A program made the position numbers and the translations under genes. Below are positions 39,271 through 47,839 of a stretch of 64,000 nucleotides of DNA, one piece after another. The DNA is from a virus. Taxonomy: Duplodnaviria; Caudoviricetes. The stretch covers positions 1,268-65,267 of the IMG/VR virus record IMGVR_UViG_3300024262_002316, one strand, 5' to 3'. Every line of letters begins with the position of its first letter. The stretch's first letter is position 1. The notes under the pieces are model-generated. The model had not been told where the DNA came from, did not search any database, and saw nothing but the letters and a program-made list of their open reading frames with translations.

Positions 39271-40272
39271 TTAGAGTGAACCTAGTATCGCACGACGGTT
39301 ATCGAGGCAAGCGAAGCCAAGCTCCATCCAACCATACACTCCAGCTTTACCCGAACGGTGAAGCGCAGCGTCGTCGAACATTTCCATGTCCTCACGAACC
39401 GGCATTACGAAGCTATCTCTGCGACCGAGGTCAAGTCCTACACAGAACTCAGCATCAGAAGCCGCGAGTGAAGCACTGATAGTGCCAGTAAGGTAAGTTT
39501 GGAACTCTTGAGCAACACCAAGCTCTTGAAGCTCGCGAAGGCGAACACCAAAGAGACTGGGAAGCGGCTCTTCACCATCATGGTTGATTAGTGAGCGAAG
39601 GGTTGCATCGTCAACTAAAGTATCGCTAAAGTTACGGATATCCGCAATAGCCTCAGGGCTAAGGAAGAGATCAGTGAGCTTGCCATCACGGTTTCCAGTG
39701 AGACGCTTCACGCTGGTTTGCATACCAGTTAGAAGGGCCTTAGTGAACACTCCAGAAGAAGCGGCAGAATCACTTACAACCGAGTTGTCGTTGGCACAAG
39801 CGAGAATGACGTGCCAGCCATCGTCGTTCATCTTGCGAGTGAAACCGTTAGTGAAAACGGAAATCGCACGCTCAATGACATCCCAACGTGCATCGCGGGC
39901 GTATTCAAGGTTCCAAGAGATAGCATTAGCAATCTTATAAGTAGGAACGTGGACCTCATCGCCGTCGATCACGCGGTTAGGAATGCGACCTTCAGCCGGT
40001 ACGACGAATGCTTTATGCTCATCAGAGCCAGCAACAGTCGGGCTGTAGAAGTCAAGAGGAAACTTAGCATCAATACCCGGAGCAACATCTATGCGGGTAA
40101 AAATCTCATCAAGGATGTCCGGCTCGAATGCTCCAGTTTTCCAAACCTGCTCCATAACCTGCGCTAGTACAGCGCGGTTCTCAAGACTCTTCGGATCAGA
40201 CCCAGCGGTAGATCTGAGCAAGTCTTTTCTCTCATTTAGTTCAGTGTTGTCTTCATGACTCATTTTGTTCAC
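39271..40272 (-). CDS. Major capsid protein
   Basis: 333 aa after the protease and decoration genes, with biased codon usage and a strong terminator. Motifs YARDARWDV, LFLSPEA and FGV.L..L.ELG. Confidence 0.8.
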   Translation of the reverse strand: MNKMSHEDNTELNERKDLLRSTAGSDPKSLENRAVLAQVMEQVWKTGAFEPDILDEIFTRIDVAPGIDAKFPLDFYSPTVAGSDEHKAFVVPAEGRIPNRVIDGDEVHVPTYKIANAISWNLEYARDARWDVIERAISVFTNGFTRKMNDDGWHVILACANDNSVVSDSAASSGVFTKALLTGMQTSVKRLTGNRDGKLTDLFLSPEAIADIRNFSDTLVDDATLRSLINHDGEEPLPSLFGVRLRELQELGVAQEFQTYLTGTISASLAASDAEFCVGLDLGRRDSFVMPVREDMEMFDDAALHRSGKAGVYGWMELGFACLDNRRAILGSL

Positions 40273-40307
40273 CTTATCTTTCTTATCTTAATTGTTTATA
40301 ATTAGAA

Positions 40308-40781
40308 TTAAACGTCTAGGTAGATTTTCACGAAACCTGTAAAGGTGTCGTTGAGATCCTCTAGAGCGTAACCAACTTCTTGCATTCCTGCATTTGCTTG
40401 GGTAGCAGAAAGCTGTCCACTAGCAGAAACATAAAGGGTTGCGCCTTTAGCGATAGCTCCAGAAACTTGGTCGGTTACACATTCACCTTTTTTGAGTAGA
40501 CGAATAACACCAGAGACATAAGTCTCATTCTTGTTCATGTTACGCGGAAGCGTGGTCGTTCCCGTGTCATCTCCAAGAGTAGTTAGGTTTCCAGGAAGGC
40601 CACGAGTAACGGTATCCATTAGGAGGAGACCCGCAACCCGCTTACCACTTGGATTAGCCGCTACTTCGACTTCTCCATCTACCGTAGTAGAAATATTGCA
40701 AATAATTCCACGCTCTTGAACACTTCCAAGGCGGAAGTTGATGTCGTCGGCGTGAATATTCTGATGCGCTTTCAATGCCAT
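40308..40781 (-). CDS. Head decoration/cement protein
   Basis: 157 aa directly upstream of the capsid gene; G.LL, LLKKGECVTD and G.TLYV...GQL motifs. Confidence 0.65.
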   Translation of the reverse strand: MALKAHQNIHADDINFRLGSVQERGIICNISTTVDGEVEVAANPSGKRVAGLLLMDTVTRGLPGNLTTLGDDTGTTTLPRNMNKNETYVSGVIRLLKKGECVTDQVSGAIAKGATLYVSASGQLSATQANAGMQEVGYALEDLNDTFTGFVKIYLDV

Positions 40782-40792
40782 TGTATAACTCC

Positions 40793-42715
40793 TTATCTTT
40801 TACGCTTGTTTTTAGTAACCATGCTGGATACTACTTTTAAAAATTTATCGTGAATTGTGTCAGACACAGGATTGTTTTCTTCAATATTCATTTCTGTAGA
40901 AGTAGGTTCAATTTCATCAAGGTTGAATTCAGAAACCTCTACAATTTCCTCTTCTGAGGAGGCAGTAGTTTGTTCTTGCTCAACTTGCTTTTCTTCTTTT
41001 TCTTCAACAACTTCTGAAGCTTTAACAATTCCTTTTATATCTTCTATATAGGAATTAAACTCATCCTTGTCCATTAACACTGCTTTTTGCATTCTTGAAC
41101 TAATTAATTCTTCACTTAGACCGGCTTGCACTAAGTCATTATGTCTCTGCGCTATAACAGCTTCAGACTCTAAGAGGACGACTTTTTCATCCAAAGATGC
41201 TATGATGTCATTCTGCTTAGCAAACATTCCAGTCATTGTTCCGATAACAAACTCAAGTTCCGCAACTCTAGCCATAATCTCAGGATGATCATGAGCACCA
41301 AAGAGATCGGCTTCGACCGAATCTAATTGAGCTTCAGTCTCTTCGACTTGACTATTGTCGGAGTTTTCTATCTCCTCTACGGAATCTTCAATTTCGCTCT
41401 CAGTAGAAGCTTCAATGGATTCGGATTCATCAGCTACAACTTCTGTATCAACTACAACATCTGCTTGGCTTAAAGCCTCTACTACTTCGGAATCATCGAC
41501 TACAAATTTAACCGTTAAGGTCATATCGGCGTCTTTGTTCTCTTCAGTAGAATCATTGTCAGATGCGGTGACACTAGGAGTTGCCTCCTCAGATTCCTGA
41601 ACCTCTTGATGCTGCTCCTGAAGATCGATATTGGTTTCATCAGTAGAAAGATCTAGATCATCCTTCTGTACTTCATCTCCCATATTTTCCTCCTTCAGAG
41701 CCTCTCTTAAGTCATTCGACTCCCTATACTCTCCAATGACATGAGAGGCTAAAACAACTTCTTCAGATGCCATAGCGTTCTCAACGTCTCCAACTTCTAA
41801 AATCAATGACTCAGGATTAGCAGGAGTCGCTACCACCCCAACGCCACCGAACATTATACTTCTAAGAACTCTTGCTACTTTCTTACCTTGAAAGTTTCCA
41901 TCACCACCATTTATTCTTAAGTGACCTTCAAGTACACTAGAAGTGGCTTCTGTTCTTTTTATTATTTCGCCACCAAGTAAATAGTCATATTCAGAGAACC
42001 AAGCTTCTACTGATACAAACAACTGATTACGTGATGCTAAAGATTGAATTCTTCCGGCTATTTCAGGAAAAATGTACGCATAAATAACAGCCTCATTGAC
42101 GATATCAATCTCTTCTTCTATATCAATATCATCTAGATCTTCTAGGATATGACCATCTTTTGATACAGCATAGGTGCTAAGTATGTGCCCGATTATATCT
42201 GAATCTTCGTGTTCAATATTAACTGGCTTATTAGCTCCTGTGGACCTAGCTCTTACAAGTTCTTCTTTTAGAAACACATCGTCATTTAGGTTCATTCCTT
42301 GTGAAACTAGAACTGACTTCATTCTTAAAAGATCTGGATCCAACTCTTCAGATGCTTTAGATCTTAGTGTATCTTTGTTTATAACATCAGAGGCCCAAGC
42401 TTTTCCTTCTTGGCCCCCGTATAGATTATCAGAAACAGTGTCTTCGCCATTTCTGCTAAAATACTTATTTATTCTGTTAACCGCACTTATTGATAGATCT
42501 TTTCCACTAGCAATATCATTAGCAACTGACACTCTTAGCTTAGAAGCTTTCGCTCCTTCTTCAACTTGCTTAAGTCCAAGCTCTGCGCTATCTATCATAT
42601 CTTGGGTTGGTTGGAATAAAGCATTAGATCTAACTATCTGCAACGGCTCAGAGATGTCATTTTTAGACATCTTTGTTAGCTGAGCCAATGCTCTTAATTC
42701 TGTTTTATACTTCAT
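40793..42715 (-). CDS. Prohead protease/scaffold fusion
   Basis: NLNDDVF, KPVNIEH...IIGH, VSVEAW, FGGVGVVATPANPES, followed by a long acidic coiled-coil scaffold. Confidence 0.8.
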   Translation of the reverse strand: MKYKTELRALAQLTKMSKNDISEPLQIVRSNALFQPTQDMIDSAELGLKQVEEGAKASKLRVSVANDIASGKDLSISAVNRINKYFSRNGEDTVSDNLYGGQEGKAWASDVINKDTLRSKASEELDPDLLRMKSVLVSQGMNLNDDVFLKEELVRARSTGANKPVNIEHEDSDIIGHILSTYAVSKDGHILEDLDDIDIEEEIDIVNEAVIYAYIFPEIAGRIQSLASRNQLFVSVEAWFSEYDYLLGGEIIKRTEATSSVLEGHLRINGGDGNFQGKKVARVLRSIMFGGVGVVATPANPESLILEVGDVENAMASEEVVLASHVIGEYRESNDLREALKEENMGDEVQKDDLDLSTDETNIDLQEQHQEVQESEEATPSVTASDNDSTEENKDADMTLTVKFVVDDSEVVEALSQADVVVDTEVVADESESIEASTESEIEDSVEEIENSDNSQVEETEAQLDSVEADLFGAHDHPEIMARVAELEFVIGTMTGMFAKQNDIIASLDEKVVLLESEAVIAQRHNDLVQAGLSEELISSRMQKAVLMDKDEFNSYIEDIKGIVKASEVVEEKEEKQVEQEQTTASSEEEIVEVSEFNLDEIEPTSTEMNIEENNPVSDTIHDKFLKVVSSMVTKNKRKR

Positions 42716-42768
42716 ATATTAAACCCTCATGTTAAATTAACTATGCTAAAACACATTATCTACTATTA

Positions 42769-42774
42769 TATACG
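42769..42774 (-). promoter_or_regulatory. CGTATA putative late-promoter motif (protease/capsid operon)
   Basis: CGTATATAATAG upstream of 42715. Confidence 0.5.
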
Positions 42775-42786
42775 AACTTACAATTG

Positions 42787-43254
42787 TTAATCTTTGTTTT
42801 CGATTTTTTCTTTAACTAAGTCTTTATAGGCTTTCAATAATTGCTTGTGGCCCATTATTTTGTCAGCAGTCTTTTCTACCCCACGACTACCTATGTATCC
42901 ACCAATTCCTATTTTAATAACATCCCATGCATCAGGGGGAAGGTCTTTAGCTCCATTGATTCCGAAGTGTTCAAGTACAACCAAGAGAAAGAGGCCAGTC
43001 ACGACTATTGGTCTCCATGACCTTGTTAGCCAAGAATCACTTCCTGCTTCGGCGGTTATAATAGAAGCTTGGCCATCTATCTTGGCTTTCTCCAGCTCTA
43101 TCATTTTTTCTTTGACACCTACTTGTATCTTAGCCATCTCGTTTTCCAGCTTCATCTTCTCTTCTTTACTAAGATGTAGATCATCGATTAAATCGACTGC
43201 TGGCTTAAATATAGATGCTATAAATGCTAATATGCTCATTATATATTGATCCAA
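42787..43254 (-). CDS. Holin (3TM, GTA-holin-like)
   Basis: IDDLH.S.EEK, EA.S.SWL.RSWRP, hydrophobic segments and GYIGSRG.EK. Confidence 0.8.
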   Translation of the reverse strand: MDQYIMSILAFIASIFKPAVDLIDDLHLSKEEKMKLENEMAKIQVGVKEKMIELEKAKIDGQASIITAEAGSDSWLTRSWRPIVVTGLFLLVVLEHFGINGAKDLPPDAWDVIKIGIGGYIGSRGVEKTADKIMGHKQLLKAYKDLVKEKIENKD

Positions 43255-43260
43255 TCTTTT

Positions 43261-43752
43261 TTAACTAAAGTTAGCGTAGAATCTACCATAATAAGCACTA
43301 TCTGTATCTGATCTATGTAAAAGCACAAAATCAACAGCATTAGCTGTAGCGGTCAGCGTGGGAATTGTTCCACCTGGCCACTGAACTTCTGCTGGCCAGG
43401 TTATTGTTCCACTCCCAGCGGGGTTTTGATGAATAACAAACTTATAATCAGCTCCACCTATGACGTTGGAAAAATCTAAAGTTGTACCTGATGTACTAAG
43501 ACTTAGATTTACCATAATCCCATCTGCAAAATCTATAGAGGTTCCAGATCCGGTAACTGTTACAGGTTGTTCGACAATATATGTATCAGCAATCATTAGT
43601 CTACCAGATGCATCAACTTTTACGGGATATCCGTTTTCTCCATTTGAAAAAACCGAAAGCGTAGAACCAGAGGTTCCTCCGTTTGTTAGAATTCTTCCAT
43701 CTGTGTCAACAGAAATCGCATTTCCAGTTGGTCCATATCTAAATATTGGCAT
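43261..43752 (-). CDS. Fibre-associated protein (paralog of the C-terminus of 43767..45284)
   Basis: VDxxGxL repeats plus QxxxGxxTITWP..V.WPGG..PTLT..ANAVD domain. Confidence 0.55.
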   Translation of the reverse strand: MPIFRYGPTGNAISVDTDGRILTNGGTSGSTLSVFSNGENGYPVKVDASGRLMIADTYIVEQPVTVTGSGTSIDFADGIMVNLSLSTSGTTLDFSNVIGGADYKFVIHQNPAGSGTITWPAEVQWPGGTIPTLTATANAVDFVLLHRSDTDSAYYGRFYANFS

Positions 43753-43766
43753 TATATATCTTTCTA

Positions 43767-45284
43767 TTAACTATAGTCTTCACCTGTTATTGTATAATAT
43801 TTTCCATCTCGAATGGAATAATGTAGTTCTCCCCAGTGAACCTCACCTGATCCTATCGGACTATATGGATTAACTCCACCTGGATGACTGGTTGTGGTAA
43901 TGAAATTTATACCTCCACCAAATCCACTATTTTGATGAACAATAAGATTATATTGTTTACTGCCAACTTGGACCCCCTGAATAGACCAAAACGTAGAGGA
44001 GGCCCTGTCACTTTGTATATGTAAAGAATCACCGTTGTCAAAATTTGAAGTAGGAAAGCTTATAGTATTGGTTTGTGATTGCTCTGAGTATTCTTGAGTA
44101 ACTAGTTTAGTCAAAAGCATTCCGTTTAAATCTGTTGCCATTGGGTTTCCCTCTTGTCCAAAAGCATATATATAGGGAGCAGAAGCCTGATTAGAGCTAG
44201 TTAATAAGTTTCCGCTTGCATCAACAAATATGCTTTTACCCAGTGGACTAAATTCTGCTACAAGAGGAAAATCCTCTTGTTCTAACGCTCCGATATCATA
44301 CCCAGCGCCCAGAGGGCGAGTTGTACCAATCATGTCAGTCGTTATTCCCTGAGCAGTAAGGTCCGCTCCCGTGTCAAAGAGGAGTCCGTTATAGTTGGGA
44401 GTAAGATTCTCTGTCCCGACCGTGACATTGGTGAACGTGTCCGTATTATATGGAACGTTTCTTAAGGAGGCCGTAATTGCCTCTGCATTGCTCGTCGCGT
44501 CGTTGGCCCCTCGGTTGATTGTAGCAAGGAGAATGTCGTTGTAGATAGTAGAAGACTCAACTGAGCGCGAGAAGTAGTTGTTGTTTGAGTCCCATGTATC
44601 CGCGTTCCTAATACTAAGAAGTATGCAGGTTCCGCTGGGCTTATCGTTAACAATGACTGTGTTGTTGTAGAATGTGTGAGTGAGGGCGCTCAATGCCGTC
44701 GCCTGAATAAAGCAGGTGTTTAGTTGCCCTGTGGCACCATTCGCGTTGTAGATAAAAATGTTGTTTGTGAATTCGCAAATGTCGTTAGGTCCGATTACAT
44801 CAAATATCGGACCCTCTTGGTTAGATGCATCTGCCGGTGTTGCTTGCGTCGAGATTAGCAGGCAGCTATCTATAGATACAGAGTTCGCACCAACCAGTGA
44901 GTACAGACACTTCGACGTTCCCGTCATAGCGCAATCGACTTGAATACCCTGAACCAGGATATCGCACCTCGGGAACAGGAGCCCATTGTTCCCACCAGGG
45001 TTGCCTTGCATATAAGCTTCGGATGTGTTGAGTGTTCCGGTACCTGTGTACTCTGATCCCGCCTGGGCGCGAACCACTACACGGTTTGTCTTCGTTGTCG
45101 TCCATCCCAGGAAGTCCACGCGTCCCGTGGGGTTCCCTACGTTGGTTCCGCCGATCACCTCAGCTACGGCGATCGTGTCGTCGCCCGTGGCGAGGGTTAG
45201 GTCCCGCTGTTGCGCGGCTTCCCACGCAACCAGGGACGAGTAGTCTCCGCCTGATCCGACTGTGTGAATGACTTCAGTTGCCAT
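43767..45284 (-). CDS. Fibre/spike protein with beta-helix-like domain
   Basis: GDYSSL.AWE N-terminus, NN-ladder (FTNNIF, FYNNTV) and TD..G..RP.G..YDIGA.E motif. Confidence 0.6.
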   Translation of the reverse strand: MATEVIHTVGSGGDYSSLVAWEAAQQRDLTLATGDDTIAVAEVIGGTNVGNPTGRVDFLGWTTTKTNRVVVRAQAGSEYTGTGTLNTSEAYMQGNPGGNNGLLFPRCDILVQGIQVDCAMTGTSKCLYSLVGANSVSIDSCLLISTQATPADASNQEGPIFDVIGPNDICEFTNNIFIYNANGATGQLNTCFIQATALSALTHTFYNNTVIVNDKPSGTCILLSIRNADTWDSNNNYFSRSVESSTIYNDILLATINRGANDATSNAEAITASLRNVPYNTDTFTNVTVGTENLTPNYNGLLFDTGADLTAQGITTDMIGTTRPLGAGYDIGALEQEDFPLVAEFSPLGKSIFVDASGNLLTSSNQASAPYIYAFGQEGNPMATDLNGMLLTKLVTQEYSEQSQTNTISFPTSNFDNGDSLHIQSDRASSTFWSIQGVQVGSKQYNLIVHQNSGFGGGINFITTTSHPGGVNPYSPIGSGEVHWGELHYSIRDGKYYTITGEDYS

Positions 45285-45616
45285 TATCCACCACCCCTAT
45301 TTTGTCCAGCAATAGGAGAAGCGTTTATTGGTAAAGGAGGCGGAACTACTGAAGGAAGTCCTTCTACGTCCTCATATTCTGTGAGGTCCGTGCCCACAAT
45401 CTTCCACCGTGAGCGGCGCGTCTCGATACTGCCGAGGAATGTTGCAATAGCAGCAGATGCAGTAGGGCTACCTACGTCTACATCTGGAATCTGAATAATA
45501 TTGAATATTGGATCTGTCATCTCTTCTAGTCCCCAATTATGTCCATCGGGACGTATATCTATAACATCCCCGATCTCATATCCATTTGTAGCTATAGCTA
45601 TTGTTAGGAGTTCCAC
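45284..45616 (-). CDS. Hypothetical virion-associated protein
   Basis: YEIGDVIDIRPDGHNWG..E motif; coupled to the downstream fibre gene. Confidence 0.55.
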   Translation of the reverse strand: MELLTIAIATNGYEIGDVIDIRPDGHNWGLEEMTDPIFNIIQIPDVDVGSPTASAAIATFLGSIETRRSRWKIVGTDLTEYEDVEGLPSVVPPPLPINASPIAGQNRGGG

Positions 45617-45703
45617 TGTATATCCTATTCTTCACTTTGTATATTTAATAAAAAACAACTCATATTTTCATCATTTATGTTAATAGAGTTAAGCATGGTA
45701 TAA

Positions 45704-45709
45704 TATACG
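45704..45709 (-). promoter_or_regulatory. CGTATA putative late-promoter motif
   Basis: CGTATATTATA in the intergenic gap upstream of 45616. Confidence 0.45.
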
Positions 45710-45723
45710 GTCTACCACTAATA

Positions 45724-47790
45724 TTAATTTGTAGGGTTTTTGCATAAAGCAAATGCCTTTTGTGTTATTTCTTTTAACTTGTCTTTTGGCGGTCTGCGAC
45801 CGTTTAGAGATACAAAATCGTTAACCTGATTGTTAATTGATTTTTGAATCATGTCATTTATCTGAGAGGGAACATTTGTTTTATTAATTTCATCTATGTT
45901 ATCTGAATATTTAACATAAATCATAGCTGGAACAATGTTTTCTACAAGTATATCCATCACCTCGTCTAAATCTTCATTCTTCATAAACCTAGCATCGCTA
46001 TAGCTTTTATCTTCACATACACATATTTTTGCACTGGTATAAGTATGCTCAAAAGCTTGATCTATTTCTTTTTTAGTAAAGATTATCTTTGTAGCAGCCT
46101 GCCCAACTGGGTTAGTAGGTTCAACCACTTTGGGTCTATTTTTAGGGCCAGTAGGACTTCCCCCGTCTTTGCCGTTTTGTTCCTGAGCTGAGGGAAGATT
46201 TTCCTTTGGCTCCAGTAATTCAGAAATTCCGGGTGGGCCTGTTGGATACTGAGGACCAAATTTCCCAACCCTAAGAAGCGCAAACGGGCTCTCTTCTTTT
46301 ATAGCATCTCTCTTTTTATCTTCTTCTATCATCCGACTAGACTCAATTTCTATGTTCTCACCAAACCTAGCTATTAGAGTTTCATAAGATAAGGCATTTC
46401 TGTCAAATAGCTCAAGCATGAACTTCTTTTGAATTTCTTCGTTGGTCAGAGACATGTTAACAAGTCTAACGTGAGGTCCAGATCTGAATCCCATGTTCTT
46501 AGTGACTATCTCAACTTGCTCAGTTATAAAATCTAGAAGTTGCTGCCTACCAGTCTCTAGCCTCTCAAGGAGAGTTTTAACCGAGAGAAAGGAGTTACTG
46601 TAGTTTCCGCCACCACCGTTGATTAAGATTTCTGCTATCCCTAGGCCACTTCGGATGTCATCATCGACCTGCTTGTATTTCTCGGCTGAGAAGAAATCTT
46701 TAACTGGAGGATACTCGGTCTCTACACTAATTAGATCGTCCCAAACAATAGTCTTAGATTTACTTGGGTTCTTGAGCATGTTGACCATCTTGTTATATTT
46801 GTTTTTAGATGGAAGAATTCCTTCTTTAGAGTCTCCTAGCTTAACAATGGTTAAGACATTTGTAACGCCCTCTGCTATGGATATGTCCATGTCTCTAATT
46901 TGTTTTTTAAATTTTACGTCTTCAATAACCCTCCATAGCATTGGATTGGCCCAACAACGATATCCATCTTTTTTGTAAAACAACATATTAAACCTATTTG
47001 GATCAAGTGTGGCTAATCCAGTTTTAATGAAACTTTCCCACTCTTCTGTTGTCATACTGTTTTTTATATTTTTAACAGAATCACTATTAGTCTTACCTGC
47101 TAAGTCTTTGCACTCTTCTTTATTATACTGGTATGACCAACGATAGTCTCCTATTATGTCATTCCCTGTTTTTCTAAGGTTCATAACATCTAATACCCTA
47201 TATTTGTAAGGTATTATCTTGCTACCCTGCAAGGTTTTATCTTCAAATAGATGATCATTAGAACTCTTTTTACCGAAACTCCTCTTAAATTTCTCAGCTT
47301 CGGCATCACTAATTCTTCCAGTGGAGGATAAGATTGGGACGTTTCCATCTCTGTAAATGCATTTTAGTATTTGTTCAGACAAGTCTCTAAGGGCAACTTT
47401 CTTAGCCCACTGTTTAAAAAACTTTTCTATTTGCTTTGAGGGGTGATATATCTCTATTCCCTCTATTCCAAAGTCGGTCATTAGGTCAATAATGTTGCCT
47501 ATAATTCCAACATTCTCATATGCCTCTCGACACGAACCTATTCTGTCTTTTATTTGCTGTTCGTTTGCGCCAGATCTTTCGGTGCTTCCATCGAACTTTA
47601 CTTTGCTCCTGCCAAATGCTCCTGAGTCAGATTTGGATATAAAATCTCCCTCTTTAGCAAGGAACCCATCAAAGTATTTAGACCTCTTGATGTTAGTTTC
47701 TCGCTCAGAAGGAGTTTTTTTTGTTCTAGGTTTTCTAATTGAGGGCTTTTCAGAGTTGTCAGTGCCCTCGTTATTTGCATCATTGATCAT
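45724..47790 (-). CDS. Portal protein
   Basis: 688 aa directly after TerL; AYENVGII.NIIDLM.DF and KTIVWDD...YP motifs. Confidence 0.75.
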   Translation of the reverse strand: MINDANNEGTDNSEKPSIRKPRTKKTPSERETNIKRSKYFDGFLAKEGDFISKSDSGAFGRSKVKFDGSTERSGANEQQIKDRIGSCREAYENVGIIGNIIDLMTDFGIEGIEIYHPSKQIEKFFKQWAKKVALRDLSEQILKCIYRDGNVPILSSTGRISDAEAEKFKRSFGKKSSNDHLFEDKTLQGSKIIPYKYRVLDVMNLRKTGNDIIGDYRWSYQYNKEECKDLAGKTNSDSVKNIKNSMTTEEWESFIKTGLATLDPNRFNMLFYKKDGYRCWANPMLWRVIEDVKFKKQIRDMDISIAEGVTNVLTIVKLGDSKEGILPSKNKYNKMVNMLKNPSKSKTIVWDDLISVETEYPPVKDFFSAEKYKQVDDDIRSGLGIAEILINGGGGNYSNSFLSVKTLLERLETGRQQLLDFITEQVEIVTKNMGFRSGPHVRLVNMSLTNEEIQKKFMLELFDRNALSYETLIARFGENIEIESSRMIEEDKKRDAIKEESPFALLRVGKFGPQYPTGPPGISELLEPKENLPSAQEQNGKDGGSPTGPKNRPKVVEPTNPVGQAATKIIFTKKEIDQAFEHTYTSAKICVCEDKSYSDARFMKNEDLDEVMDILVENIVPAMIYVKYSDNIDEINKTNVPSQINDMIQKSINNQVNDFVSLNGRRPPKDKLKEITQKAFALCKNPTN

Positions 47791-47830
47791 ATTATTCTCC
47801 AGTAAAAGAGTGCTAGTGCTCTACTATTAC

Positions 47831-47836
47831 TATACG
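47831..47836 (-). promoter_or_regulatory. CGTATA putative late-promoter motif (portal)
   Basis: CGTATAGTAATAG, 41 nt upstream of the portal start. Confidence 0.5.
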
Positions 47837-47839
47837 ATC

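Noticed and set aside
39189-39479. ORFs starting MGES on both strands (39189 + and 39218 -)
   Set aside because: An artefact of the terminator inverted repeat. The HNH gene more plausibly starts at 39164.
8028-45616. Diversity-generating retroelement or invertible tail-fibre cassette
   Set aside because: No reverse transcriptase, recombinase or near-identical TR/VR nucleotide repeat was noticed. The paralogs are diverged at protein level only.
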